Of a stretch of DNA of 35,621 nt, positions 7,938-16,330 are shown in pieces. Made by a program: the position numbers and the translations under genes. Source of the DNA: a virus; UHGV virus genome UHGV-0043842; one strand, written 5' to 3'. How positions within the stretch are numbered: position 1 is the first letter of the stretch; every line of letters starts with the position of its first letter. The notes under the pieces are model-generated. The model had not been told where the DNA came from and made no database searches. It was given only the letters and a program-made list of their open reading frames with translations.

Positions 7938-9673
7938 GCGTGGGATGGGGCTGAATTTGCGCCGTGCAGGGGTCGTGCAGGGCCGAATGTGGCCAGAGAC
8001 GGGTCAACGGCCGCCGCGCGGCGTTTCCCCTCGTCACGGGCCTCCTGGAGGCGTCGGGCAATCTGGAGGGCGGTGGAGACGATCTCCTCCTCTCCGGGGA
8101 CCTGCAGCGCATCCTTGAGACGGGCCTGCTCATCCGGGGAGAGGGGAAGCAGCTCCAGCGTGACCCGTTCCAGGCGCTCGTCGATATCTTGCAGGCGGTG
8201 GGCGACCACCTCCTCCAGGCGGCGGCGCGCCGGCTCCCAGAGCGTGGTGCCGCGGTGGAGGGCCAGTGTCGTGATGGCGTCGCGGCGGCGGGAGTTAAGC
8301 GTGTAGGGCGTCTCCTGGGAGCGTTTGCCGCCATTCTCCATGGCCCGCTGCTCCGGCGCGTAGCCGGCGGTCCTGATGGCGTAGAGCTCGGAGGAGGAGA
8401 CTCCGGCGGTCACCTGCCAGCCGGTGCGCTCGCTGACCTCGGCGTCGTCGATGTCGTAGCCGGCGGCGCGCAGAGCGGCGGCGTTGGCGATTTCTTTCTC
8501 CGGCGTGGTCTTGTCTACGCAGGAGAGCGTAAAATTCACCAGGTGAGGCTGGCCGGGGTGGTACTCGTCGAGCACCCGGTTGACCAGCTGGGCCGTCAGC
8601 ACGGAGGCAATATGGTCGGCTTCGCCGGCCGCCCAGGCCTTAAAGCCGTCAGCCTGGGCGTTGCCGGCCAGGGTGCCGGAGCCGGACTCGGTCATGACTG
8701 TGAGCTTGCCGGCGGTGGTCAGCATGGCGATCTCCTCGGTGGCTACCTTGTAACGGCGGTCAAACAGGTCGACGCTCGTCTGGGATATCGGGATGGACTT
8801 GATATCGGAGTCGTGGTCGATGACGCCGGTGGCCGCCGAGTAGCACATGGCCGACATCTTGATGTACTCCTGACGCAGCTCCTCGGAGCAGTCAGGAGGA
8901 AGCACAAAAAATGCCGGCGGCGTACCCAGCCTCTCCAAGAACACGTCCCACTGGGCCAGCGTCGTGCTACGGTTAAGCACCAGCATCTGGGCGGGCATGT
9001 CGATGGGCCGGGGATGCAGACGCAGGATGAGGTCCTCCAGAGGCACGGGCAACGGCTCCCCCCGGTAGCGGCTAAACTGGGCATTCGGGTTGTATCCCCA
9101 GGGTCCACGGTAACCGTCGCGGCACATCAGCCAGTTGTCGACGGGCAGCAGATGCAGGCCATCGCCGTCGGCGTAGGGCTGCAGGAATTTGTAATGGCGG
9201 CGGGACGCCTGGGACAGGGCGGTGATGGCCTCGTCCATGTTGACGATGGCGTTGCACAGGTCGGTAATGGTGCGCTGCTGGGCCTCGGCCAGCAGGCTGT
9301 CCCTGTCGTCCAGGTCCGGCTTGACCGTGACGGACCAGTCGTACTTGCTCAGCGCGTCGTCCCGCTTGGTAATGCAGGTCATCAGCATGGGATCGTACTG
9401 CTCCATCTGCTCCCAGATCCACTGCTGCTCGGCATAGGCCCCCAGCTGGCAGTCCTGCAGGCAGCGCCGTATGGTATCCACGCTCAGGTAGTCCAGCGGG
9501 CACACGCGCTCAATCTGGCGGCGGCGTACCTTGTCCAGCTCGGCCAGGGCGAGTGCGGCAAACATGGCCGGCTTGCTGTCCTGGGATGCCTTGTCCGGCG
9601 CGGTAAGCGCCCGCTGCACGCCCTCTGCATGGAGCCTGCGGTGGAGGATGTAGTTGTAAAGTCGCTTGATCAT
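7934..9673 (-). CDS. Portal protein (Mu gp29 / DUF935-like).
   Basis: 579-aa ORF directly downstream of the terminase. Homologous to 27460..29520 (ESGSGTLAGNA shared). Confidence 0.55.
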   Translation of the reverse strand: MIKRLYNYILHRRLHAEGVQRALTAPDKASQDSKPAMFAALALAELDKVRRRQIERVCPLDYLSVDTIRRCLQDCQLGAYAEQQWIWEQMEQYDPMLMTCITKRDDALSKYDWSVTVKPDLDDRDSLLAEAQQRTITDLCNAIVNMDEAITALSQASRRHYKFLQPYADGDGLHLLPVDNWLMCRDGYRGPWGYNPNAQFSRYRGEPLPVPLEDLILRLHPRPIDMPAQMLVLNRSTTLAQWDVFLERLGTPPAFFVLPPDCSEELRQEYIKMSAMCYSAATGVIDHDSDIKSIPISQTSVDLFDRRYKVATEEIAMLTTAGKLTVMTESGSGTLAGNAQADGFKAWAAGEADHIASVLTAQLVNRVLDEYHPGQPHLVNFTLSCVDKTTPEKEIANAAALRAAGYDIDDAEVSERTGWQVTAGVSSSELYAIRTAGYAPEQRAMENGGKRSQETPYTLNSRRRDAITTLALHRGTTLWEPARRRLEEVVAHRLQDIDERLERVTLELLPLSPDEQARLKDALQVPGEEEIVSTALQIARRLQEARDEGKRRAAAVDPSLATFGPARPLHGANSAPSHA

Positions 9674-9676
9674 GAG

Positions 9677-11131
9677 TTACGCTGCTGACGGTAGATGGTT
9701 GAGGGAGGGGCGGCCTCCGAACAGGGAGCCGTGGGAGCGGCCGCCAAACAGTCCAGCGCCGGTGATGATGCGTCCGCTGCCTGGCGCCGGGAGATGGTGC
9801 TGCACGTGGCCGTCGGCCGCGCGCAGGGCCAGAGCCAGGGCCGTACACCGGTCGGAGTGTCCTTCCCTGGTGTGCGGGGCCTCGTAGGTATAGTCCGTGC
9901 CTCTGAATATCTGCTGCATGGCGTGCAGGTCCTCGCGAATCTCCACGTCAATCGGGATGCGCACACGGGTCGGAGCCTCAAAGGCCTGGCGGAGGCGTGG
10001 GAAGATGAGACGCTTAAAGGCCGGCGTAAAGGTGCAGAGCTCGATCCGGCCAAACTCGTGACCCTCCGGATGCCAGCGCTTGAATTCCTTGACCAGGACA
10101 TCGCCCATACCGATGCCTACGCCCGTGTAGTCGTAGCACACCCGGCGCGCCGCCTTGATGCGGTGGCGCAGCACCTCCATCTGGTCCGGCACGGACATGT
10201 TGCGCAGCACCAGCACCTCGCGGGTGACCAGCACGTCACCCACCCGCTCCAATGTCCAGCAGACCGTCGGGTCGTTGGAGCGGCCAAAGTCGATGCCCAG
10301 GCGCAGGTCCAGCTTGCCTCCCAGGTAAATGGCCGGGTCGCAGGAGACCGTGGCGCTGGCGGACTCCGCCGTGGCGATCAGGTCGTAGGGCAGCAGCACG
10401 TTGGAGGAATCCAGGAATTCGCACATGTACTCCTGCGCCCAGCCGATGGGGTCGTCCAGGGATTCTCTTAACTCGTCAATGTCGATGGGCAGTCCGTCCT
10501 CCACGGCCTTGGCAATCGTCACCACATGGCAGGACCAGTGCTGCTTGCGGCCCTCCACAGGTTGGAGCAAATTGTCGGAGATGATCTTGTATGTCCTGGC
10601 GCCGCGGCCCGTCTTGCCGTTGGGCGTGGTGATAAGCCGGACTTTTTTCTCGCCGCCCCGGAGGGGATTAGTGATGGAGGGCAACACGGCTCTCCAGGTG
10701 GCGTCAGGATCCTCGAAAAACGCGAATTCCGTCAGGACGAGATTGGCGCTAAAGCCTCGCACGGTATCGGGCCTGCCGGGCACGGCCAAAATGCGGGAGC
10801 CGTTGGCAAATGTGATGGAGCCGGACTTGAGCAGGGTGTTGGGGCCGTCCTGTCGTTCGATTTCCTCGGCAGCCAGGGCAAGGGAAAAAGCCTCGGCCCA
10901 CTCCTTACACTTGGCCAGCGATTCCATGGCCTGGCGCTCGGACGGGGCCGCGATCATCCAGGTGGTCTTGGCCCGCAGCATCGCATCCCTCACCGCCTCC
11001 GCCGCCGTGGAAAAATCCTTGCCGGACTGGCGGGACCAGATGCCGACCTTAAAGCGGCTCTCGTCCGCCACCCACCGTGCCTGGTAAGGCAGCAGCAGCT
11101 CCAGCGGCGTTGTGATCAGGGAGGACATCAT
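9677..11131 (-). CDS. Terminase large subunit (Mu gp28-like), in a single ORF.
   Basis: 484 aa. Walker A-like WSRQSGKD, then a nuclease-like LGIDFGRSNDPT segment. Homolog of the split pair 25825..26757 + 26754..27455. Confidence 0.55.
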   Translation of the reverse strand: MMSSLITTPLELLLPYQARWVADESRFKVGIWSRQSGKDFSTAAEAVRDAMLRAKTTWMIAAPSERQAMESLAKCKEWAEAFSLALAAEEIERQDGPNTLLKSGSITFANGSRILAVPGRPDTVRGFSANLVLTEFAFFEDPDATWRAVLPSITNPLRGGEKKVRLITTPNGKTGRGARTYKIISDNLLQPVEGRKQHWSCHVVTIAKAVEDGLPIDIDELRESLDDPIGWAQEYMCEFLDSSNVLLPYDLIATAESASATVSCDPAIYLGGKLDLRLGIDFGRSNDPTVCWTLERVGDVLVTREVLVLRNMSVPDQMEVLRHRIKAARRVCYDYTGVGIGMGDVLVKEFKRWHPEGHEFGRIELCTFTPAFKRLIFPRLRQAFEAPTRVRIPIDVEIREDLHAMQQIFRGTDYTYEAPHTREGHSDRCTALALALRAADGHVQHHLPAPGSGRIITGAGLFGGRSHGSLFGGRPSLNHLPSAA

Positions 11132-11152
11132 GGGGAGTGGGTGAGTTACTGT

Positions 11153-11650
11153 CTAACAGCCGAAGATGCTGCGCATCCTGGCGTCGCGCTCCTCCGGGGT
11201 GAGGGTTGATTGCGTGACCTGTCTGGCGGCGTCTGCCTGGGCGGCCTTGGCCTCCAGCATCTTGAGGCGGCGCTTGTCCTGCTCCAGCTGCTCTGCCTTA
11301 AGGATGAGGTTGACCAGGATGCTCAGCGCCTTGGGATCGCAGGACGGGGAGGCGGCCAGGTCCAGGGCGGCGGAGCGAATGGCCCTCATGGTGGCCTCGT
11401 CCACTCCGTCCACGGAGATCTTGTTGAGTTCCTCGGCCGTCTTGTTTTGCCGGGCCAGACGCGCCGGCAGGATCTGGGAGTGGTAGTAGCGGCGGATGGC
11501 CTCCTGGCTCAGTTTGATTCCATCCTCGGCCAGACGCTCCTGGACATCTTTGTAAGACGCGCCGGAAAACAACATGGCGTCCACGTCGTCCTTGATGATG
11601 GGGGGCAACTGGGAGCCGATCACACTGTCTGGTCTGGGTTTGCGGAGCAT
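11153..11650 (-). CDS. DUF3486 / Mu gp27-like protein (putative small terminase or DNA-binding packaging protein).
   Basis: Starts MLRKPRPDS..LP, typical of the DUF3486 family. Homolog of 25269..25841. Confidence 0.5.
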   Translation of the reverse strand: MLRKPRPDSVIGSQLPPIIKDDVDAMLFSGASYKDVQERLAEDGIKLSQEAIRRYYHSQILPARLARQNKTAEELNKISVDGVDEATMRAIRSAALDLAASPSCDPKALSILVNLILKAEQLEQDKRRLKMLEAKAAQADAARQVTQSTLTPEERDARMRSIFGC

Positions 11651-11675
11651 GGCGTTAATACTGTTAGCTGTTACC

Positions 11676-11933
11676 TCATATCTGGGTAAGCTGGACGCGG
11701 CCGGCGTCGGTGATGGCGTACTTGCGCTCGCCGGTGATCAGGCAGGTGGTGGACGTGATCAGGCGCAGGGCCTCCAGTTCCCGGATGGCCAGGTCGATAT
11801 CGGCAGTTCCTGGGCTCGGAGACATGTCCAGGGAGACCTCGGCCCGGAGAGCAGACACGCGCTGGGTATAGGCAGCGGGCAGTCGGTCGAGGACCTGCAG
11901 GATGGTGATCTTGATGTTGGCGCGGGTGGTCAT
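11676..11933 (-). CDS. Conserved small phage protein (85 aa).
   Basis: Homolog of 24998..25255 (LRLITS/LRLITG, ITDAG). Confidence 0.35.
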   Translation of the reverse strand: MTTRANIKITILQVLDRLPAAYTQRVSALRAEVSLDMSPSPGTADIDLAIRELEALRLITSTTCLITGERKYAITDAGRVQLTQI

Positions 11934-12253
11934 AAGGACTTGCGGGTTTTGAGGATGTCAATCATAAGTTTAAGGGTGCCGGACATCTCGTTGAGCTTGA
12001 TGGTGATACTGTTGAGGCGCTTGTGCATGTCGTCGGTGGTCTTGGCGTGGAGGGCCTTGAGCTCCGCCACCTCCTCACGGGTCGCGTACTTGTCCTCCAT
12101 CAAGAAGCGCTGGGGATCGTCGGATTGCTGCGGAGCCTTGCGGCCCTTGACCACCCACCATGTCCCGGACGAGCCGAGAGCAACGCCGAGGATGGTGCCT
12201 ACTGCCTCCGGTGAGATGCCTGCGGCGGCGTCTGCTATCAGGTTGAGCATCAT
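11930..12253 (-). CDS. i-spanin-like protein (N-terminal TM helix plus a coiled-coil domain); the start was moved to the internal Met-Met.
   Basis: Homolog of 24663..25001. Its ATG overlaps the endolysin stop in an ATGA arrangement, as in module B. Confidence 0.4.
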   Translation of the reverse strand: MMLNLIADAAAGISPEAVGTILGVALGSSGTWWVVKGRKAPQQSDDPQRFLMEDKYATREEVAELKALHAKTTDDMHKRLNSITIKLNEMSGTLKLMIDILKTRKSL

Positions 12254-12858
12254 GACTGGAGCAGTTGGGCCAGCGTGGCGGACCCGGTGGTGTAGGCGTG
12301 ATGGAGGGTGGCCGTGGACAGCTCGCCCAGCTGGACGTGTCCAGGATCGTAAATGGACTTGAAATCCCCTCCCCATACCAGCCCCAGCTTATGGGCCAGG
12401 GCCGCCACGGGCTTGTAGATGGAATTCGCTCCCTCGCTGGGCGTCCATACGTCCTTGCCGTCGACAAACAGGCAGACGTCACCCGCAATTCCGAAGTTGT
12501 GCATGCTCTGCCCTCCTTTGGCTCTGGTTACTCTGGGCCTCTTGCCGTAGAGTCTGTCCTGCTCCTCATACGTGCGGATGCCGCAGATGAGCTTCCAGTC
12601 GGCCAGGCCTCGCAGGGCCGTCATCATCTGGCGCACCTTGAGCGCGGCCAGGGGCTGGAGGGTAAGCAGGTTGTCCTCCGTGCGCTTGTCCAGCCGGCCG
12701 TAGCGGGTCTGGAGCTGTTGATGGCTCTCGCGCCACAGGGCCGCCGCCTTGCGGGTCAGCGGGCCTGTCAGGCCGTCAAGCCGACCCCGATAAAAACCGG
12801 CGAATTTCAGGGAGCGCTGCCAGGACAGCGTGTCGGATTGTAATGCTGCGTAAATCAT
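12250..12858 (-). CDS. Endolysin: peptidoglycan-binding domain plus peptidase M15 (VanY / L-Ala-D-Glu peptidase-like).
   Basis: N-terminal PG_binding-like LKFAGFYRG.LDG. C-terminal motifs SMHNFGIAGD and DPGHVQL. Paralog of 24061..24666. Confidence 0.65.
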   Translation of the reverse strand: MIYAALQSDTLSWQRSLKFAGFYRGRLDGLTGPLTRKAAALWRESHQQLQTRYGRLDKRTEDNLLTLQPLAALKVRQMMTALRGLADWKLICGIRTYEEQDRLYGKRPRVTRAKGGQSMHNFGIAGDVCLFVDGKDVWTPSEGANSIYKPVAALAHKLGLVWGGDFKSIYDPGHVQLGELSTATLHHAYTTGSATLAQLLQS

Positions 12859-12881
12859 GATAGCTGACAGTTAAGAGTTGC

Positions 12882-13535
12882 TCACTTGGAGGTGGCTTGT
12901 ACTACCGGAGCCACAACTGCCTCCGGGGCGGCCTGTGACCAGAGCAGCTTGTGCTCCGTGCGGTCCACTACCAGAGAGGTGCCTCCACGGATGACTATCA
13001 CCTGCCCGTCGCTCAGGCTGACGCTGGCGGCCACAGGGTCTGCGTCCGTACTGCAGGATCCGCCCAGCAGGAGCATCAAGGCTCCCAGGACGACCATCAG
13101 GCGGGAGGTCCCGGATAAGGGTGAGGAGGAGCCGGAGCTGGGGGGGATGGACGACGGATCCTGATCAGGATCCTGACTCCGGTCCTCCACGGGGGATGTG
13201 GCGTCCTCCCCGGTAACAGGCGATGGAGAGAGGACGCCGGCCGGCACTGCGGACTGGCCGCTCTGGCCATCCTCTCCGGCAAGCTGGTATTTGCCGCCGC
13301 TTATAAACTGCAGCAGAATGTTGACCGCGCCAAGGGCGCTGAAAAATTCAATGGGGTTACTGTCCAGCCAGGCCCGTACATCGGGGATAATCAGAGCCAG
13401 CAAGGCTGCCAGGTTGGTCCAAAAGTATTTGGACAGATAAAAAGGCGTTTTTCCGGTGACGGTATTCCCGGCTCCACCCGGAGCCGGGATCTCGTCATGC
13501 GCACCAGTATTATCAGGAAGCGGGTTGTTGTTCAT
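12882..13535 (-). CDS. Lysis-cassette membrane protein (holin candidate) with two or more TM segments and a conserved LLGGSCS motif.
   Basis: 217 aa. Hydrophobic helices. Paralog of 23357..24028. It is the first gene after the late promoter region. Confidence 0.4.
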   Translation of the reverse strand: MNNNPLPDNTGAHDEIPAPGGAGNTVTGKTPFYLSKYFWTNLAALLALIIPDVRAWLDSNPIEFFSALGAVNILLQFISGGKYQLAGEDGQSGQSAVPAGVLSPSPVTGEDATSPVEDRSQDPDQDPSSIPPSSGSSSPLSGTSRLMVVLGALMLLLGGSCSTDADPVAASVSLSDGQVIVIRGGTSLVVDRTEHKLLWSQAAPEAVVAPVVQATSK

Positions 13536-13571
13536 GAGGGCACCTTAGCCCATTTCCGGCAACCCTCTGTT

Positions 13572-13607
13572 GCGTTTGGCGCGTTTGGCGCATTTGTTGC
13601 ATTTGGC
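13572..13607. promoter_or_regulatory. Four tandem 9-bp repeats (gcgtttggc gcgtttggc gcatttgtt gcatttggc) between the Mor/C-like gene stop and the lysis gene start.
   Basis: Read from the sequence. The analogous array GCCACAAAC/GCCACATTT/GCCACAAAT/GCCACATAA lies in the same position in module B. Confidence 0.5.
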
Positions 13608-13862
13608 TTAAAAAAAATCGAATGTATCCTGCATCAGGCGGGCCTGCCGGATGGCACGGCTCTGGCTATGCGCCGCCAAATCCTCCACCTGACGGCGGTA
13701 GAGCAGCCTCTTTTGGCCCGCCGGATTGGGACGCCACGCGATGAGATGGCCATGCAGCACCATGCGCCGGACTGTCTGCGAGGATACTCCCAGCAGGGCC
13801 GCTGCCTGGGCAATGGTACAGAGCGGCCCGGAGGCCCAGCGTTTGAGCGTCTTGTCGTCCAT
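13608..13862 (-). CDS. Mor/C-family late transcription activator (HTH).
   Basis: 84 aa with a C-terminal HTH (VSSQTVRRMVLHG). Homolog of 23032..23283. Located immediately upstream of the lysis genes. Confidence 0.5.
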   Translation of the reverse strand: MDDKTLKRWASGPLCTIAQAAALLGVSSQTVRRMVLHGHLIAWRPNPAGQKRLLYRRQVEDLAAHSQSRAIRQARLMQDTFDFF

Positions 13863-13906
13863 GCCTCGACCTTACCACAATGTTGAGCCCCTCTCTAACG
13901 GCTGGC

Positions 13907-13940
13907 AAAAAAAGCCCCCTGCAGGGATGCTGCAGGGGGC
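13907..13940 (-). terminator. Rho-independent terminator on the minus strand (stem gccccctgcag / ctgcagggggc followed by T7 on the minus strand).
   Basis: Perfect 11-bp stem with a 5-nt loop and an A7 run on the plus strand, which is a U7 run on the minus-strand transcript. It lies between the MTase and the Mor/C-like gene. Confidence 0.6.
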
Positions 13941-13950
13941 GTGCGGGAAG

Positions 13951-14673
13951 TCAGGACGGCAGAACCAGACCGAGACGGTCGGTGGCGATACGGTGGTAGT
14001 CGGACGACAGCTCAATGCCCACGGCCGTGTGTCCCTTGTTGCGGGCCGCCACCAGCGTGGTGCCGCTGCCGGCAAACGGGTCCAAAATGCGCGAGCCGGA
14101 CGGCAGGATGGTCATGAGGTGCTCCATCAGAGGGACCGGCTTGCCCGTCAGGTGGAGCTTATCCCTGGGGCGGATCGGCTCGCGCACCACTCCCGGAGGA
14201 CAAAGCCTGACGGATTTGTCGTATCCTCCGTGCGTGGCGGTCAGGACGTACTCGGCCTGGTTGCGGTACAGCCCCAGCTGGGGTCGGCAGCTTTCCGTTT
14301 TGTCCCAGGGGATGATGCCTCTCCACGTCCAGCCGGCAATCTGCAGGGCGTCCGAGGTCAGGGGCAGTTGACGCCAGTCCGTAAATACCATCAGCCAGCC
14401 GCCGGGGCGCGTCAGGCGCAGGGCCTGCTCCATCCACCGCACGGACCACATCAGGTGGGTACGCTGGTCGCGGTTGTCATTGGCAAATGTCGGGTAATAT
14501 TTACGGGTTCCGGACAGCTGGTACCTGACGCGCGGGTCTCGATCCCTGGCGGCCGTAGAGAGGCCTCCGCTGGCGTAGGGCGGATCAGTAATCACGGCAT
14601 CGTAGGATGCCTCCGGCATGGTCGACATCAGGGACATGCAGTCCCCGTGCAGCATGGTATATGTGTTGGTCAT
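13951..14673 (-). CDS. Orphan DNA methyltransferase (N6-adenine/N4-cytosine, beta-class; DPPY motif followed by a C-terminal FxGxG motif).
   Basis: VITDPPYASGG motif IV precedes the ILDPFAGSGTT motif I. No restriction endonuclease lies adjacent. The track starts it at TTG 14697; ATGs at 14673 or 14655 are more likely. Confidence 0.7.
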   Translation of the reverse strand: MTNTYTMLHGDCMSLMSTMPEASYDAVITDPPYASGGLSTAARDRDPRVRYQLSGTRKYYPTFANDNRDQRTHLMWSVRWMEQALRLTRPGGWLMVFTDWRQLPLTSDALQIAGWTWRGIIPWDKTESCRPQLGLYRNQAEYVLTATHGGYDKSVRLCPPGVVREPIRPRDKLHLTGKPVPLMEHLMTILPSGSRILDPFAGSGTTLVAARNKGHTAVGIELSSDYHRIATDRLGLVLPS

Positions 14674-14717
14674 CGGACGCGAGCATAGCTCGCTCAAATG
14701 CCTCTCTCTAACGCCAC

Positions 14718-14740
14718 AACAAATTTATTATAAATTTGTT
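14718..14740. promoter_or_regulatory. 23-bp perfect palindrome AACAAATTTAT-T-ATAAATTTGTT upstream of the MTase gene; a candidate operator.
   Basis: Inverted repeat verified base by base. AT-rich, located in an intergenic region. Confidence 0.4.
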
Positions 14741-14786
14741 ATGTTTGTTAGAGATATGAAATTTATGATCAGTGTGTTGCGCTGTG

Positions 14787-15137
14787 TCATACGTCGATAA
14801 CACGTTTTTTGACAAGTACAATAATTTTGTTTTCCGACGATACCAAAGTTCCAACATACTCCCATCCATTGAGATCAACCCTTCTAATTTCTTCCCATGC
14901 TTTCTTTTCCCAATTAGCAGTTCCTCTTTTTTTGTGGGACTCTATTATAAGGCTTTTGCTTAAGTCGCCGAAATGTAATGTTGGTATTTCTCGCCACTCA
15001 TACACATAATGAGTCTCCTGCTTGTGGATGGAGCAAATATCAGCCGATAAGTTATGCAGATAATACACAGCTACACCTGCCATCACGACAAGGGTAATCC
15101 CTATGACAACTAGGATAATACGGAGAGCGTTATTCAT
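14787..15137 (-). CDS. Small membrane-anchored protein (116 aa) in the AT-rich island downstream of the repressor; candidate superinfection-exclusion or abortive-infection moron.
   Basis: N-terminal TM helix (ILVVIGITLVVMAGVAVYY). GC content is far below the window average. Co-oriented with, and just downstream of, the repressor gene. Confidence 0.4.
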   Translation of the reverse strand: MNNALRIILVVIGITLVVMAGVAVYYLHNLSADICSIHKQETHYVYEWREIPTLHFGDLSKSLIIESHKKRGTANWEKKAWEEIRRVDLNGWEYVGTLVSSENKIIVLVKKRVIDV

Positions 15138-15269
15138 AACTATTTAATCTTTAATTATTTAAGTTAATAAAGAAACTATTTTGGTTAAATTGCGGAGACC
15201 TAGTTTGAAGGATGCTAATTTTGCTTCGGCGGTAGCTGCTCGTTGTTGCCACTTAGTATCATTAAATGC

Positions 15270-15605
15270 TTATTTTGTTTTCGTTAAAACACCTTGCAAA
15301 GCCTCTCTTACGATAGATAATTTAGCTTCGGCCAACTTACACCTTTCCCGCCAAGAATCTGGCGATGCCTGAATCATGGGATCCTTGCCAGTCAACAGCC
15401 ATTCCATCGTTACGCCAAAAAATTTAGCAATGCGTAATAGTTCCCATGCTTTGGGTATACGGTCGCGTTTGTAGTTGATAATAGCTCCCTCTGTTAATCC
15501 TAGCTTAACGGCCACTTGACGTTGTGAGTATTCACAGTTGTTTAGCAAGTCGGCAAAACGGCTACAAAAACTCACATCTGTATCATTTTTTTCTTGCATG
15601 GTCAC
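15270..15605 (-). CDS. XRE/Cro-C1-type HTH repressor (prophage c-like repressor).
   Basis: HTH QRQVAVKLGLTEGAIINYKRDR. Divergent from the early operon. GTG start at 15605 or ATG at 15599. Confidence 0.6.
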   Translation of the reverse strand: MTMQEKNDTDVSFCSRFADLLNNCEYSQRQVAVKLGLTEGAIINYKRDRIPKAWELLRIAKFFGVTMEWLLTGKDPMIQASPDSWRERCKLAEAKLSIVREALQGVLTKTK

Positions 15606-15673
15606 ACCTGTTAATGTATCTCACATTTATGAGACCGCCCCATAAAGGCGGCCATAAGGCAGACTTAACACAA

Positions 15674-15883
15674 ATGACAATGACCACGCAAGAAAAGATC
15701 ATCAACATTCAATGGTTACTGGGTCATGGATACACTCCGACCGAAGCCGCCGAAGTATTAGGAGTGACAGCCAGTCATCTCCGCCGCGTCCTCAAAGGAG
15801 CGCCAGACCGGGGCAACGCCCTGAAAGCCCGCATCCGGAGGTTGCCGCGCAAAAAACTGACGTCATTAAGGAGGAGCAGGTAA
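15674..15883 (+). CDS. Small Cro/Ner-like DNA-binding protein (69 aa).
   Basis: HTH-like TPTEAAEVLGVTASHLRRVL. First gene of the rightward early operon, divergent from the repressor. Not obviously similar to Mu Ner itself. Confidence 0.4.
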   Translation: MTMTTQEKIINIQWLLGHGYTPTEAAEVLGVTASHLRRVLKGAPDRGNALKARIRRLPRKKLTSLRRSR

Positions 15884-15885
15884 CG

Positions 15886-16077
15886 ATGCTGAGGAGCGCC
15901 GTCAATCTTATTGCCGCCATAGCAGTCATGGGCCTGGCCTTCCTGGGAATGGTCAAGGTGGGAGGCTGGTATCTGGATACGGAGGAGCGGCAGGTGCGCG
16001 ACGGCATCAAGGACCCGCGCACGGCCATCCTGCCGGTCATAGAAAGACCGCACGATGATGAACGACACGCCCGTTGA
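15886..16077 (+). CDS. Small single-TM membrane protein (63 aa).
   Basis: AAGGAGGAG Shine-Dalgarno sequence ~10 nt upstream of the ATG. Hydrophobic helix LIAAIAVMGLAFLGMV. Confidence 0.35.
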   Translation: MLRSAVNLIAAIAVMGLAFLGMVKVGGWYLDTEERQVRDGIKDPRTAILPVIERPHDDERHAR

Positions 16078-16330
16078 TATGAACGCGCCTATGACGGCCG
16101 AAGAATGGGCCATCTGGGGTGCCCTGTGGAACATCCCGGAGGTGCGTCGCCATTACCGGGTGGCACACGACGGCCCGCTCACCTGCCCGGAACTGGCCCA
16201 TTACCTGGGATTGTCCGACAAGGCTGTCTGGGAGCTGCAGGACAAAGCCCTGGTCAAGCTGAGGGTGGCCCTCAACCGTTACATCCTGCAGCAGGAGATC
16301 AATCGTCAACAACATTTCGACAACCAATGA
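16055..16330 (+). CDS. Small HTH protein resembling sigma-70 region 4 (91 aa).
   Basis: LTCPELAHYLGLSDKAVWELQDKALVKLR segment. Confidence 0.35.
   Translation: MMNDTPVDMNAPMTAEEWAIWGALWNIPEVRRHYRVAHDGPLTCPELAHYLGLSDKAVWELQDKALVKLRVALNRYILQQEINRQQHFDNQ

Larger units (their letters stand above)
1..14700 (-). mobile_element. Second Mu-like late-gene module in inverted orientation (Mor/C through tail genes) with no early region of its own. Either a prophage remnant or a prophage disrupted by insertion of the other element.
   Basis: The late gene order matches module B, with 30-50% protein identity. No transposase or repressor lies on its side. Confidence 0.45.

Noticed and set aside
15674-15883. 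Identification as a true Mu Ner ortholog.
   Set aside because: There is no recognisable similarity to the Mu Ner sequence as recalled. Only the position and a generic HTH support a Cro/Ner-like role.
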